Assembly (NCBI RefSeq): GCF_003367075.2 | Contig: NZ_CP065936.1 | Location: 600,001-632,000 of the forward strand | DNA length: 32,000 bases | Source of the DNA: Cylindrospermopsis raciborskii Cr2010 | Lineage (GTDB): Bacteria; Cyanobacteriota; Cyanobacteriia; Cyanobacteriales; Nostocaceae | Direction of reading: 5' to 3' | Part shown: positions 10,360-19,330 of the stretch, in pieces | How the letters are laid out: each line of letters opens with the position of its first letter | Numbering within the stretch: the stretch's first letter is position 1 | The notes under the pieces: model-generated | The model's database searches: none | Seen by the model: only the letters and a program-made list of their open reading frames with translations | What the model was told of the DNA's origin: nothing | Made by a program: the position numbers and the translations under genes

Positions 10360-11616
10360 TTATGTAGGGGTAGGATCCTGTAATACAGTTTTTGAGACAA
10401 TTTTGGTTTTCTTGCGATCGCTTGCTGATAAATCCTCTCCAGCTTGTAAACGAGTTGCAGAATTTTGTAGTACGGTCCCTGCATTAGCATCACCCATTTG
10501 CAAAGCTGTTTTTGCGGCCGCTTGTAACATAGTTGCTGCTCCCAAACGGTCTCCCTGCTGCAATCTATCTTCTGCTAACTGGGTTTGACGATACTTAGCT
10601 AAAGCCAGAATGTAATTTTGCACTTTTGGACTAATATTTTCTTGGTAGGTGCGTTCCACGTTCACATATAGTGGTAGATTTGGGGAATATAATCCGGTTT
10701 TGTCTACAGAAGGATCATCGTAACGTACTTGTACATTAGCGATCGCCTGTTGACCTTCGGGCAATTGTTCCAGATAAATATTAGTTAATATCACCCGTTC
10801 CACATCTTTCATTAAATCCCCTAATTTAACCCCAAACCGTCCATCTGGTTCCATTTGCACTGGTAATTCAATCGTATCTGGAGCCACCTGAGCAAAGGGT
10901 TTAAATTCAGCCAAACGCACATTTGGTGCTAGTGAAAGTAACAAATAAGCATTAGTCAACCCTACAGTTTGCATTCGCGTCAACAAGCTATCAAACTTGT
11001 CCATTGCCTGATCTGGGTGTTCAATATGAGATAAACTTCCCAGTCCAGCGTCAGAAATTTTCTCTAAAATATGTTGATTCCAATTATTGCCAAATCCCAA
11101 GGTGTTAACGGTCAAATTATAGTCAGCAGCTAACTGGGCAAATTTTAAACAGCGATTATTGTCACCATGTTCATTTTCGCCATCTGTGAGTAAAAAGGCC
11201 TGGGAAATAGTATCCTTTCTTCCCTTAGCCAACTCCTCGATTCCCAATCGCAATCCCTCATCAATAGATGTTCCCCCATTTGCTGACAGACGATTGATTT
11301 GTTGTTTAATGTGATCTCTATCTACAACATTTTGATTAGATAGTAATACTTCCGCTCGGTGATTAAACACTACAATGCTTAGTCTATCCTGATCCCTAAG
11401 TTTATCAACTAGCAACCAAGCAGCGCGTTTGACATTTTCCACAGGTTGGCCCTTCATGGAACCACTGTGGTCTAAAATCAAACATAGGTTTAAAGGAACT
11501 CTTGAATCTATAGTTTCTCCAATAGCGGAAACAGAGGTGGCCATCAGGCGTTGACTACCAGATTTACTAGCATCCACATTAGTATTATTGACACCGGGCT
11601 GCAAATTGACCTTCAT
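10360..11616 (-). CDS. von Willebrand factor type A (VWA) domain protein, upstream paralog
   Basis: MIDAS motif DHSGSM..GGTSI..LLTDGENE. The C-terminal helical repeat region is shared with the downstream paralog (ALAKYRQTQLAE..GDR.GA.TMLQ.AAKTALQ.GD..TVLQ.SATRLQ.GE.LS..RKKT). Confidence 0.8.
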   Translation of the reverse strand: MKVNLQPGVNNTNVDASKSGSQRLMATSVSAIGETIDSRVPLNLCLILDHSGSMKGQPVENVKRAAWLLVDKLRDQDRLSIVVFNHRAEVLLSNQNVVDRDHIKQQINRLSANGGTSIDEGLRLGIEELAKGRKDTISQAFLLTDGENEHGDNNRCLKFAQLAADYNLTVNTLGFGNNWNQHILEKISDAGLGSLSHIEHPDQAMDKFDSLLTRMQTVGLTNAYLLLSLAPNVRLAEFKPFAQVAPDTIELPVQMEPDGRFGVKLGDLMKDVERVILTNIYLEQLPEGQQAIANVQVRYDDPSVDKTGLYSPNLPLYVNVERTYQENISPKVQNYILALAKYRQTQLAEDRLQQGDRLGAATMLQAAAKTALQMGDANAGTVLQNSATRLQAGEDLSASDRKKTKIVSKTVLQDPTPT

Positions 11617-11860
11617 AAACCATTATCCTAAACAGATTATAATAAATAATTTCACACTCAAGTAGATGTAATACGGAAAAGTGTGGGAGAAAGGCTCCAA
11701 TCAAACTCCGCTGCACAAGATAATTCTAACCTCGACTGAGCCGATCCACCATTAACTAAATCTTGGAACTAATCTTGGTCGGTAAATAATTCACTAATCT
11801 GAGGATCGCGCTAGGATGTAATACATACAGTTAAGAATATAGACTCAGGCAATTTAGTTC

Positions 11861-12550
11861 ATGGAAACTTCTCCCATCAAAGCTGTCCAAACCTCCTACT
11901 ACAGCGACAACTGGTACCGTACACCACCACCAGACCTGGCCTCCCTATTGCTAAAGGAAAGAATAGTTTATCTGGGCACACCCTTGGTTTCTCCAGATGA
12001 ATATAAACGCCAAATGGGGGTTGATGTCACCAAGTTGATTATTGCCCAACTACTGTATCTCAAATTTGACAACCCAGACAAACCCATCTTTTTCTACATC
12101 AACTCTACAGGTACATCTTGGTACACTGGAGATGCTATTGGCTATGAAACGGAAGCCTTTGCCATTTGTGATACCATAGACTACATTAAGACTCCTGTAC
12201 ATACTATCTGTATTGGTCAGGCCATAGGTACAGCAGCACTTATTCTCTCCTGTGGGACTAAAGGGTTTCGTGCCAGTTTGCCCCATGCTACAATAGTTCT
12301 CAATCAACCTCGTAGCGGTACAAGAGGTCAGGCTACGGATATTCAAATTTATGCCAAGGAAGTCCTGGCCAACAAAGCAGCAATTCTAGACATTTTCTCC
12401 AAAAACACGGGACAGCAACCGGAAAAAATCTCTAAGGATATGGAAAGAATGTTCTATTTGACTCCACAAGCTGCCAAAGAATACGGTTTAATAGACCGTG
12501 TTTTAGAAAGTATGAAGGATTTGCCTAAACCCCTGCCCATCCCTGTTTAG
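11861..12550 (+). CDS. clpR: ClpR, a non-catalytic ClpP-like subunit
   Basis: ClpP fold, but all three catalytic residues are replaced: Ser to Gly (QAIGTAA), His to Asn (IVLNQP), Asp to Met (MERMFY). It has the ClpR-type N-terminus (YRTPPPDLASLLLKERIVYLG) and an insertion of about 9 aa after INS. Confidence 0.85.
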   Translation: METSPIKAVQTSYYSDNWYRTPPPDLASLLLKERIVYLGTPLVSPDEYKRQMGVDVTKLIIAQLLYLKFDNPDKPIFFYINSTGTSWYTGDAIGYETEAFAICDTIDYIKTPVHTICIGQAIGTAALILSCGTKGFRASLPHATIVLNQPRSGTRGQATDIQIYAKEVLANKAAILDIFSKNTGQQPEKISKDMERMFYLTPQAAKEYGLIDRVLESMKDLPKPLPIPV

Positions 12551-12604
12551 CACGAAAATAACCCCAATTGCTGCCCACATCTCTAGTCGTTTTTTCTTAC
12601 CCGT

Positions 12605-13249
12605 ATGTCCGTTAATGCCGCCCTCCGAGTCCCCTATAACATTCCCGGTAGTAATTCCTGGCAATGGGTAAATATATACACCCGTATGGCTCAGGAACGA
12701 ATTTTGTTTTTGAATCAGCCACTCACCACCGATCTGGCCAATTCTCTCATTTCTTCCCTGCTGTATCTTGACTCAGAGGACTCAAGCAAACCTGTCTACC
12801 TCTACATCAACTCTTTTGGTGATCCTGTTATGGCTGGTATGATTAGTGAGATGGCGGGAATGGAGTCCACTAATGCTTGTTTGGCAATTTATGATACTAT
12901 CCAACACGTTAAATCAGAAATTGTTACCATTTGCTTAGGACAAGCTGTATCCATGGCTGCTTTGTTGCTTTCCTCTGGTGCCAAGGGCAAACGGGTGAGT
13001 CTACCCCATTGCAGTATTGCTTTGGCACAGTTCCGCAGCGCTACCCGGGGTCAAGCTACGGATATTCAAGTGAATGCACAGGAGGTTCTACGCAAAAAAT
13101 CCCTGATTCTAGATATTTTTTCCCATAATACTGGACAGTCTCGCGAAAAAATCGCTCAGGATAGTGAGCGTATTTTTTACATGACCCCTCCAGAAGCTAG
13201 GGAATATGGGTTAATTGATCATGTCTTAGAAAATACTAAGCAGCTATAA
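12605..13249 (+). CDS. Second ClpR-like ClpP paralog with a partly degenerate catalytic triad
   Basis: ClpP fold. The Ser position is retained (QAVSMAA), but His is replaced by Ala (IALAQF) and Asp by Ile (SERIFY). An insertion of about 14 aa follows INS (FGDPVMAGMISEMAGMESTNACLAIYDT). Confidence 0.75.
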   Translation: MSVNAALRVPYNIPGSNSWQWVNIYTRMAQERILFLNQPLTTDLANSLISSLLYLDSEDSSKPVYLYINSFGDPVMAGMISEMAGMESTNACLAIYDTIQHVKSEIVTICLGQAVSMAALLLSSGAKGKRVSLPHCSIALAQFRSATRGQATDIQVNAQEVLRKKSLILDIFSHNTGQSREKIAQDSERIFYMTPPEAREYGLIDHVLENTKQL

Positions 13250-13296
13250 CCCACAGATAAAGTACATCTAAACCCTAATTATTCTATTAAACCGTC

Positions 13297-13881
13297 ATGC
13301 CCATTGGTATTCCCAAGGTTCCCTATCGTCTTCCTGGTAGTAATTACGAGCAATGGATTGATCTAGAGGATCGTCTATTTCGGGAGCGAATTATTTTCCT
13401 CACTGAAGAGGTGGATGATGGTATAGCTAATGCCATTGTTGCCTATCTACTTTACTTAGATTCCGATGATCAGACTAAGCCGATTTACCTGTATATCAAT
13501 TCCCCTGGTGGATCTGTAACTGCAGGAATGGCAATTTATGATACTATACAGTACATTAAATCGGAAGTCGTTACAATTTGTGTTGGTTTAGCTGCTTCCA
13601 TGGGATCATTCCTCCTAGCTGCTGGAGCGAAGGGTAAACGTTTAGCTCTACCCCATTCCCGAATTATGATTCACCAACCTTCCGGTGGTACTCGTGGCCA
13701 AGCTTCTGACATTGAAATCGAAGCTAGGGAAATTCTACGTATCCGTCATCAGCTCAACCAAATTTATGCTGACAATACTGGTCAAGTCCTATCTAAAATT
13801 GAAAAGGATATGGATAGGGATTTCTTTATGTCAGCCCAAGAAGCCAAAGAATATGGTTTAATTGACCGTGTGATCGAATAA
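13297..13881 (+). CDS. clpP: ATP-dependent Clp protease proteolytic subunit ClpP (ClpP3-like, catalytic)
   Basis: Intact Ser-His-Asp context: [25 protein letters not shown]. It is the third gene of the tandem clp cluster. Confidence 0.9.
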   Translation: MPIGIPKVPYRLPGSNYEQWIDLEDRLFRERIIFLTEEVDDGIANAIVAYLLYLDSDDQTKPIYLYINSPGGSVTAGMAIYDTIQYIKSEVVTICVGLAASMGSFLLAAGAKGKRLALPHSRIMIHQPSGGTRGQASDIEIEAREILRIRHQLNQIYADNTGQVLSKIEKDMDRDFFMSAQEAKEYGLIDRVIE

Positions 13882-13927
13882 ACCACTTGGGGAATGGGGA
13901 CTTTACAACACCGGGGGTAAATTTGCT

Positions 13928-15142
13928 GTGTTAAACTACGATGTGATTGTCTGTGGAGCAGGTCCAGCCGGTACAACGGCAGCATGGATGGCAGCTAAAA
14001 CAGGACTTAAAGTAGCGCTAATTGAAAAGTACCCTCTACCACGTCACAAGACATGCGGTGGAGGAATGCCTGCTGTATTAGGGAATCTATTACCTGATTT
14101 AGTCCCGGAAGCAGTAGTGGCTTGTCAAGTCAACTATATGCGGCACACATGGAAGTTTGACCATCCAATTTTAGGTGCAATTAACCCACCGGGGAGCGAA
14201 CCAGAATTCAAGTTGTGGATGGTGCAGCGTTCAGTATTTGATAATGCCTTAGCGCGACAAGCAGCACAAGCAGGAGCGGATTTACGGGATGGACTAGCAG
14301 TTAAGTCTTTAGAAATTGACTCCCATGGTGTCATTGTTCGTGCCCGATCTTTTAAGAGTGATAGTGGAATAGGAGGGGGGGAATTTGTAGCTTATGCTCC
14401 TTATGTGATTGGAGCAGACGGAGCTAATGGGATCACAGCCAAAATAGCTAACTTGAGACGAGAGAGGACCATGGCCCTGGCCATGGAGGTGGAATACCCT
14501 TATAATTGGACGCAGGATCACCCCAAGGATCTACGTCCAGATGTGATCCACTTGGAATACGGTGCTGTTCCTAATGGCTATGGGTGGATCTTCCCGAAAG
14601 AAGACCATTTGAATGTGGGGGCGGGACTGTTTCGACCCGATCGCCGTGACTGTCGTAGTGACCACAGCATTCGTGACCAGCTCCAGCAGGCTATCTGTCA
14701 GTATCTAGACTTTATGGATATCTCTTACAACCCAGAATTAATCCGTTTTCATGGTCATCCTTTACCCATATGGGATGGTAGGGAAAAATGCCACACTCCT
14801 GATGGCAAAATTCTTTTAGCTGGGGATGCTGCGGGACTAATTAATCCCTTTTTTGGGGACGGAATTTTACATGCGGTTAAAAGTGGAATGCTTGCAGCTG
14901 AGTGCGTTGCTACAAACACCACTTCTAGTTATACCCAGCGAATTCACCATGAGTTTGCTGCTAACTTTGACGCGGCACTGCAAATGGCGCGATTTTACTA
15001 TCAATGGCCTCACTTTTGCTACCAGCAAATAGTTACTCGCCCCACCGCCACCCATATTGCCGCTCGTTTGCTCTATGGAGAAACTCCTTTCCATCAAATT
15101 GCGGAGCGAATGATAGGCAAAATGGGCGGTTTGATGTTTTAG
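13928..15142 (+). CDS. Geranylgeranyl reductase family FAD-dependent oxidoreductase (not ChlP-like)
   Basis: GTG start. The N-terminus reads YDVIVCGAGPAGTTAA..LIEK..KTCGGG, which is typical of the family. 404 aa. Confidence 0.7.
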   Translation: MLNYDVIVCGAGPAGTTAAWMAAKTGLKVALIEKYPLPRHKTCGGGMPAVLGNLLPDLVPEAVVACQVNYMRHTWKFDHPILGAINPPGSEPEFKLWMVQRSVFDNALARQAAQAGADLRDGLAVKSLEIDSHGVIVRARSFKSDSGIGGGEFVAYAPYVIGADGANGITAKIANLRRERTMALAMEVEYPYNWTQDHPKDLRPDVIHLEYGAVPNGYGWIFPKEDHLNVGAGLFRPDRRDCRSDHSIRDQLQQAICQYLDFMDISYNPELIRFHGHPLPIWDGREKCHTPDGKILLAGDAAGLINPFFGDGILHAVKSGMLAAECVATNTTSSYTQRIHHEFAANFDAALQMARFYYQWPHFCYQQIVTRPTATHIAARLLYGETPFHQIAERMIGKMGGLMF

Positions 15143-15190
15143 TACAATAGTAGAACTATTTAGGATTTGTTTATATTATATATGAGTATT

Positions 15191-15211
15191 CCCCGTACCT
15201 TCCGGTCGGGG
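15191..15211. terminator. Hairpin between convergent genes (candidate bidirectional terminator)
   Basis: CCCCGTACC-TTCC-GGTCGGGG forms about 8 bp with one bulge and a tetraloop. It lies between the stop of the 13928..15142 gene and the stop of rpsU. There is no clear U-tract. Confidence 0.3.
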
Positions 15212-15228
15212 AGTGCTTCAAACCGCTA

Positions 15229-15423
15229 CTACTTCAAGCGAGTTCTTTGCTGACGACGTTGCTTGTGTCTAGCTATTGCTTTTCGCTTTTCTTTTTCTAA
15301 TGGGGTTTCAAAATGACGGTTTTTGCGCATGTCCTGGAAAATTCCCGCTTTGGAAACTTCCCGCTTAAACCTACGCAAAGCTGACTCAATTCCTTCATTT
15401 TCCCCTAAAACTACTTGTGTCAT
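15229..15423 (-). CDS. rpsU: 30S ribosomal protein S21 (copy 1)
   Basis: [38 protein letters not shown] followed by a basic tail. It lies downstream of the rbp gene. Confidence 0.9.
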   Translation of the reverse strand: MTQVVLGENEGIESALRRFKREVSKAGIFQDMRKNRHFETPLEKEKRKAIARHKQRRQQRTRLK

Positions 15424-15561
15424 TATTGTTGCTCCTTTTTAGTTAATACTTACAAACTAGACAGTAAAAATGCCGAAGGCAAGTTCTAACAGGTACTGAA
15501 CTGAGTCCATAACCTTTACAACCCCATATTTAAAAATCTTTCCTTACAGGATTAATCAGGA

Positions 15562-15873
15562 TTAATAACGACGGTCGCGACCACCACCGCCAGAACGTCC
15601 TCCTCCCCAAGTACCCTGGGAAGATCTTTCTTCACGGGGTCTAGCCTTGTTTACTTTTAGTTGTCTACCCATCCATTCTGCACCATTTAAAGCATCAATT
15701 GCTGCGTTCTCTTCAGCTTCACTGGACATATCTACAAAACCAAACCCCCGTGGACGACCTGTTTCCTTATCAGTAGGTAGCTGCACTTTGCTCACGTTGC
15801 CATATTTAGAGAAAGCACTTTTCAGATCTTCTAATGTCACATCATAGGACAGGTTTCCAACATAAATCGACAT
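15562..15873 (-). CDS. RRM-type RNA-binding protein with a glycine-rich C-terminus (cyanobacterial Rbp)
   Basis: RNP2 motif IYVGNL and RNP1 motif RGFGFVDM, with a C-terminal [15 protein letters not shown] chose the ATG at 15873 ([10 protein letters not shown]) over the ORF-track start at 15891. Confidence 0.9.
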   Translation of the reverse strand: MSIYVGNLSYDVTLEDLKSAFSKYGNVSKVQLPTDKETGRPRGFGFVDMSSEAEENAAIDALNGAEWMGRQLKVNKARPREERSSQGTWGGGRSGGGGRDRRY

Positions 15874-16049
15874 AAAGTAATGGTCTCCCAAACCGACAGT
15901 GTAGAGAGTTAGATTCGGAGAGACGCATTAAAGTAATTTTAAAACGAATTACTCAACCGAAAATAATTCTTTTATCCGTAAGTATAGCATAGTTTTTGGC
16001 GATGAACTTAAAAATGAGTAACATTTTCTCAAAAAGTTTTGCTTTAGTG

Positions 16050-16922
16050 CTATGTTGCAAATTCAGTTAATATTTCTTTGGCTTTCTGGGATAGTATTTC
16101 ATGTTCCGGAAAGTTACTAGCCAGTAAACAACCCCATTGGTTCACATCACCGGTGTTATATTCTAAGGGACTGCCATCTAAATGAGTAAATTTACCTCCT
16201 GCTTCCGTTAAAATTAGTTCGGGAGCAGCTATATCCCAGTCCTTGGGGGCGGACTTACCGGAGAGGGAAATGTAAACGTCTGCTTGTGCTTCAACAATAG
16301 CGGTCACTTTGCAACCCACACTACCAATAGCTTTTTGTTGTTTACAAGGAAGATTTGCCAGTAAATATTCTAACCTCTCATTTCTGTGAGAACGGGTGAC
16401 TACCAGAATTAAATCTTCTATTGTTTTGTTGTTAGTTACTTTTAGTTGCTGGCAGCCATTGGCTGTTTCCATAAAAGTACCACCACCTTTGGTAGCATAA
16501 TAGATTTTTTCTGCTTCTGGTATAGCTACAACTGCTAAAATTGCTCTGTTGTTTTGTACTAAAGCAATATGTAGGGCATATTCTCCGGTTTTACCAATAA
16601 AATCCTTTGTCCCATCTAGGGGGTCTATAATCCAAACCAATTCTGCAGGGTGTTGACCCGGTTGACTTTTATAAGTTTCTTCACAGATATAACCAAATTT
16701 TTCTTGACCAAAAGCTGCTTGCAACCGTGAGAGTATGTACTCACTAACTGCCAGATCTGCTATGGTTACAGGAGCATCCTGTTCATATTTAATATCTAGG
16801 TTTCCATCCCCCACGGTTCCCCGATAATAGGACCTGAGTAGGTTGGCTGCTCCCCAGCTGACTCCACGAGTGATTTTTAGTATGTGTTGTAAATCGATCA
16901 CGGTTTTTGCTCCTCCATCCAC
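16050..16922 (-). CDS. Inositol monophosphatase / CysQ-family phosphatase (3'(2'),5'-bisphosphate nucleotidase-like)
   Basis: Family motifs WIIDPLDGTKDF and WDIAAPELILTEAGG. An alternative GTG start at 16901 would give a GTGA start/stop overlap with the upstream kinase gene. Confidence 0.8.
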   Translation of the reverse strand: MDGGAKTVIDLQHILKITRGVSWGAANLLRSYYRGTVGDGNLDIKYEQDAPVTIADLAVSEYILSRLQAAFGQEKFGYICEETYKSQPGQHPAELVWIIDPLDGTKDFIGKTGEYALHIALVQNNRAILAVVAIPEAEKIYYATKGGGTFMETANGCQQLKVTNNKTIEDLILVVTRSHRNERLEYLLANLPCKQQKAIGSVGCKVTAIVEAQADVYISLSGKSAPKDWDIAAPELILTEAGGKFTHLDGSPLEYNTGDVNQWGCLLASNFPEHEILSQKAKEILTEFAT

Positions 16923-17764
16923 CGCCGTGTGCCAAATAGTTCACAGGATTTAGCTGCAATTTGACTGGCTAATGCCAAGGCCATGGTAAAACTAGATTGT
17001 AGAATGTAATGGCAAAAAGCACCATGGAAAATATCTCCAGCGCCCAAGGTGTCAACAGTTTTGATTTGAGGTACATGGATAGAACCTGTTTGACCAATGC
17101 TATAATACTCTATAGGTTTTTCTCCTTGGGTGATTGCTATATAGGGAATGTTAAATCCCATGAGATAGGTAAAAATATCTTGACGGGTTTCACATGGAGG
17201 AGGTTGAAAGTTGGCTGAACAAATGGCATAGTCGATATAGGGCAAAATTTCTTCCAGTCCTTCTTTCCAGCTACCTCCATCCATGACAATGGGAATGTTC
17301 TGATTTTTGGCCTTCATGACGAGGGTTTTACTGGCAACCATTTGATGTCCATCAATTAAAATTAGATCTATACCCTCTAATATGTTGCTGGGAATTGAGC
17401 TGATCTCCCCAGGACTTTTGACCGCATTCAGGGAAATTACTGCCCGCTCCCCTGTTTGTTGGGTAACAATAATTGAGGATACGGGAGGCGGTGTGTTTTT
17501 ATGAGGATCTAAGTCGATTATTTTGACTTCATAGTTGGCTAAGTCTGTGCTAATTAATTTTGTCAGATGATGGGAACCTAAAACACCTAAAATTGTAGAG
17601 TTATTATCTAGATAACTAAATGTAACGGAAGCGTTGGTTGCAGGCCCACCAGCTGCTACAGTATAGTCCATGGCAACTAATTTTTGATTATTCTTAGGTG
17701 GTGATTCGGCTAGATAAATTAGGTCCAGGGTGATTAAACCAATAAATAAAGCGGATTTTTTCAT
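16898..17764 (-). CDS. PfkB-family carbohydrate kinase (ribokinase-like)
   Basis: The N-terminal GLITLD region and the C-terminal DTLGAGDIFHGAF motif are typical of PfkB kinases. Confidence 0.8.
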   Translation of the reverse strand: MKKSALFIGLITLDLIYLAESPPKNNQKLVAMDYTVAAGGPATNASVTFSYLDNNSTILGVLGSHHLTKLISTDLANYEVKIIDLDPHKNTPPPVSSIIVTQQTGERAVISLNAVKSPGEISSIPSNILEGIDLILIDGHQMVASKTLVMKAKNQNIPIVMDGGSWKEGLEEILPYIDYAICSANFQPPPCETRQDIFTYLMGFNIPYIAITQGEKPIEYYSIGQTGSIHVPQIKTVDTLGAGDIFHGAFCHYILQSSFTMALALASQIAAKSCELFGTRRWMEEQKP

Positions 17765-17825
17765 CGGAAATCATAGGTTGTAAACCTGTTGATGGATAAA
17801 TATGAAATTTGGGTAAGCATTCTCA

Positions 17826-18692
17826 ATGAAATTTATGCAAGCTGAACCGAAACCAGGAACATTATATATCGTTGGTACTCCCATTGGAAATTTGGAGGAT
17901 ATGACCTTTCGGGCGGTACGAATTTTACAAGCTGTGGACATAATCGCAGCGGAAGATACTAGACATACAGGCAAATTATTACAGCATTTTCAAGTTCACA
18001 CCCCCCAAATCAGTTATCACGAACATAATCGCACTGGCCGCATTCCCGAAATTTTGACCTACCTACATTATGGTAAGGCGATCGCCTTGGTCAGTGATGC
18101 GGGAATGCCAGGAATTTCTGACCCGGGTCATGAGTTAATTACAGCTTGTGTAGCTGCAGGAATTGATGTTGTTCCCATTCCCGGTGCTACGGCGGCTATT
18201 ACGGCTTTAAGTGTTTCTGGATTGGCAACAAGTAAGTTTGTTTTTGATGGATTTTTACCAGCTAAGCGTCAGCATAGGCGAGAATATTTGGCAACCTTAT
18301 TAACGGAAACTAGAACTTTGGTGTTTTATGAATCACCCCATCGGTTAAGGGAGACACTGGAGGATTTGGGAGAGATTCTAGGTGGAAGTAGAACCATGGT
18401 GATGGCTAGGGAATTAACTAAATTATATGAGGAAATTTGGCGAGGAGACATAAAAGAGGCGATCGCCTATTACCGGGAAAAGGATCCCCAGGGGGAATAT
18501 ACTTTAGTAGTGGGGGGAGCATCACCAAGTCAACCTGAAATTACAGAAGCTCAACTGAGGGCTGAACTTTTAGAAATAATCAAACAGGGAGTGTCTCGCT
18601 CCCAGGCCAGCAGACAGTTGGCTCAAGAAACTTCTATTTCTCGCCGTTATTTGTACCAGTTAGCACTTTCTATTGACCAAGAGGGTGTTTGA
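17826..18692 (+). CDS. rsmI: 16S rRNA (cytidine1402-2'-O)-methyltransferase RsmI
   Basis: LYIVGTPIGNLEDMTFRAVRIL..DIIAAEDTRHTGKLL and SDAGMPGISDPG are characteristic of RsmI. Confidence 0.9.
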   Translation: MKFMQAEPKPGTLYIVGTPIGNLEDMTFRAVRILQAVDIIAAEDTRHTGKLLQHFQVHTPQISYHEHNRTGRIPEILTYLHYGKAIALVSDAGMPGISDPGHELITACVAAGIDVVPIPGATAAITALSVSGLATSKFVFDGFLPAKRQHRREYLATLLTETRTLVFYESPHRLRETLEDLGEILGGSRTMVMARELTKLYEEIWRGDIKEAIAYYREKDPQGEYTLVVGGASPSQPEITEAQLRAELLEIIKQGVSRSQASRQLAQETSISRRYLYQLALSIDQEGV

Positions 18693-18771
18693 AACCAGTT
18701 TGCAACCAGCTCGCTAGGTTTGGGGGTAATATGACTATGGATATTATTGATAAATTGAGGACAGAGCAAGA

Positions 18772-18951
18772 ATGACCCAAGTGGTTCTAGGAGAAAACGA
18801 AGGAATAGATTCAGCCCTACGTCGGTTCAAACGCCAGGTTTCTAAAGCTGGTATTTTAGCTGACGTTAAGTATCATCGTCACTTTGAGACCCCCCTGGAA
18901 AAGCGCAAACGGAAAGCTGTGGCCGCCAGACGGAAACGCCGTTTTAAATAA
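18772..18951 (+). CDS. rpsU: 30S ribosomal protein S21 (copy 2), absent from the ORF track because it is only 59 aa
   Basis: My manual translation gives [59 protein letters not shown]. The N-terminal half is almost identical to copy 1. ATG at 18772, TAA at 18949..18951. Confidence 0.85.
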   Translation: MTQVVLGENEGIDSALRRFKRQVSKAGILADVKYHRHFETPLEKRKRKAVAARRKRRFK

Positions 18952-18967
18952 GTTTATTATATAGCCC

Positions 18968-19000
18968 ACCTGCGATGCACCCTCAGTGGATGCCGCAGGT
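18968..19000 (+). terminator. Weak hairpin after rpsU copy 2
   Basis: ACCTGCG-N19-CGCAGGT, a 7-bp stem followed by the T-rich TAGCTTGTTGTGT. The loop is long, so support is weak. Confidence 0.25.
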
Positions 19001-19024
19001 TAGCTTGTTGTGTAATACACAAAT

Positions 19025-19219
19025 TTAAAAGCGCCACCATTTTGTTTGTAAGTAACTTAAAACACCAATTGCGATCGCCCCCAAAAATAATAGTCCAATG
19101 ACACCACCGGGTAGAAAAGTAATAATTCGTAAACCCCTAAGTATGAACAGGGCTATTCCCATACCTATAAGGATACCCACAAACTGAGTTAACTGACGAT
19201 TGAAAGAAGATTGTTTCAC
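19025..19219 (-). CDS. Small hypothetical membrane protein (two predicted TM helices)
   Basis: 64-aa ORF with two hydrophobic stretches (FVGILIGMGIALFIL and GGVIGLLFLGAIAIGVL). I recognise no homology. Confidence 0.4.
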   Translation of the reverse strand: MKQSSFNRQLTQFVGILIGMGIALFILRGLRIITFLPGGVIGLLFLGAIAIGVLSYLQTKWWRF

Positions 19220-19330
19220 TTAACTATATCCTGAAACTGATTCTGCTCAAATCATATCCAGAAAATCCACTCAGCAGACTGTAATTAATTGGAGAAGTAT
19301 TTAACAACTATTGTAGCTAGGCGGAAGTAT

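Noticed and set aside
10353-10493. 47-aa N-terminal extension of the downstream VWA gene (ORF-track start at 10493)
   Set aside because: It would overlap the upstream paralog by 134 nt. The paralog alignment begins exactly at the internal ATG at 10352.
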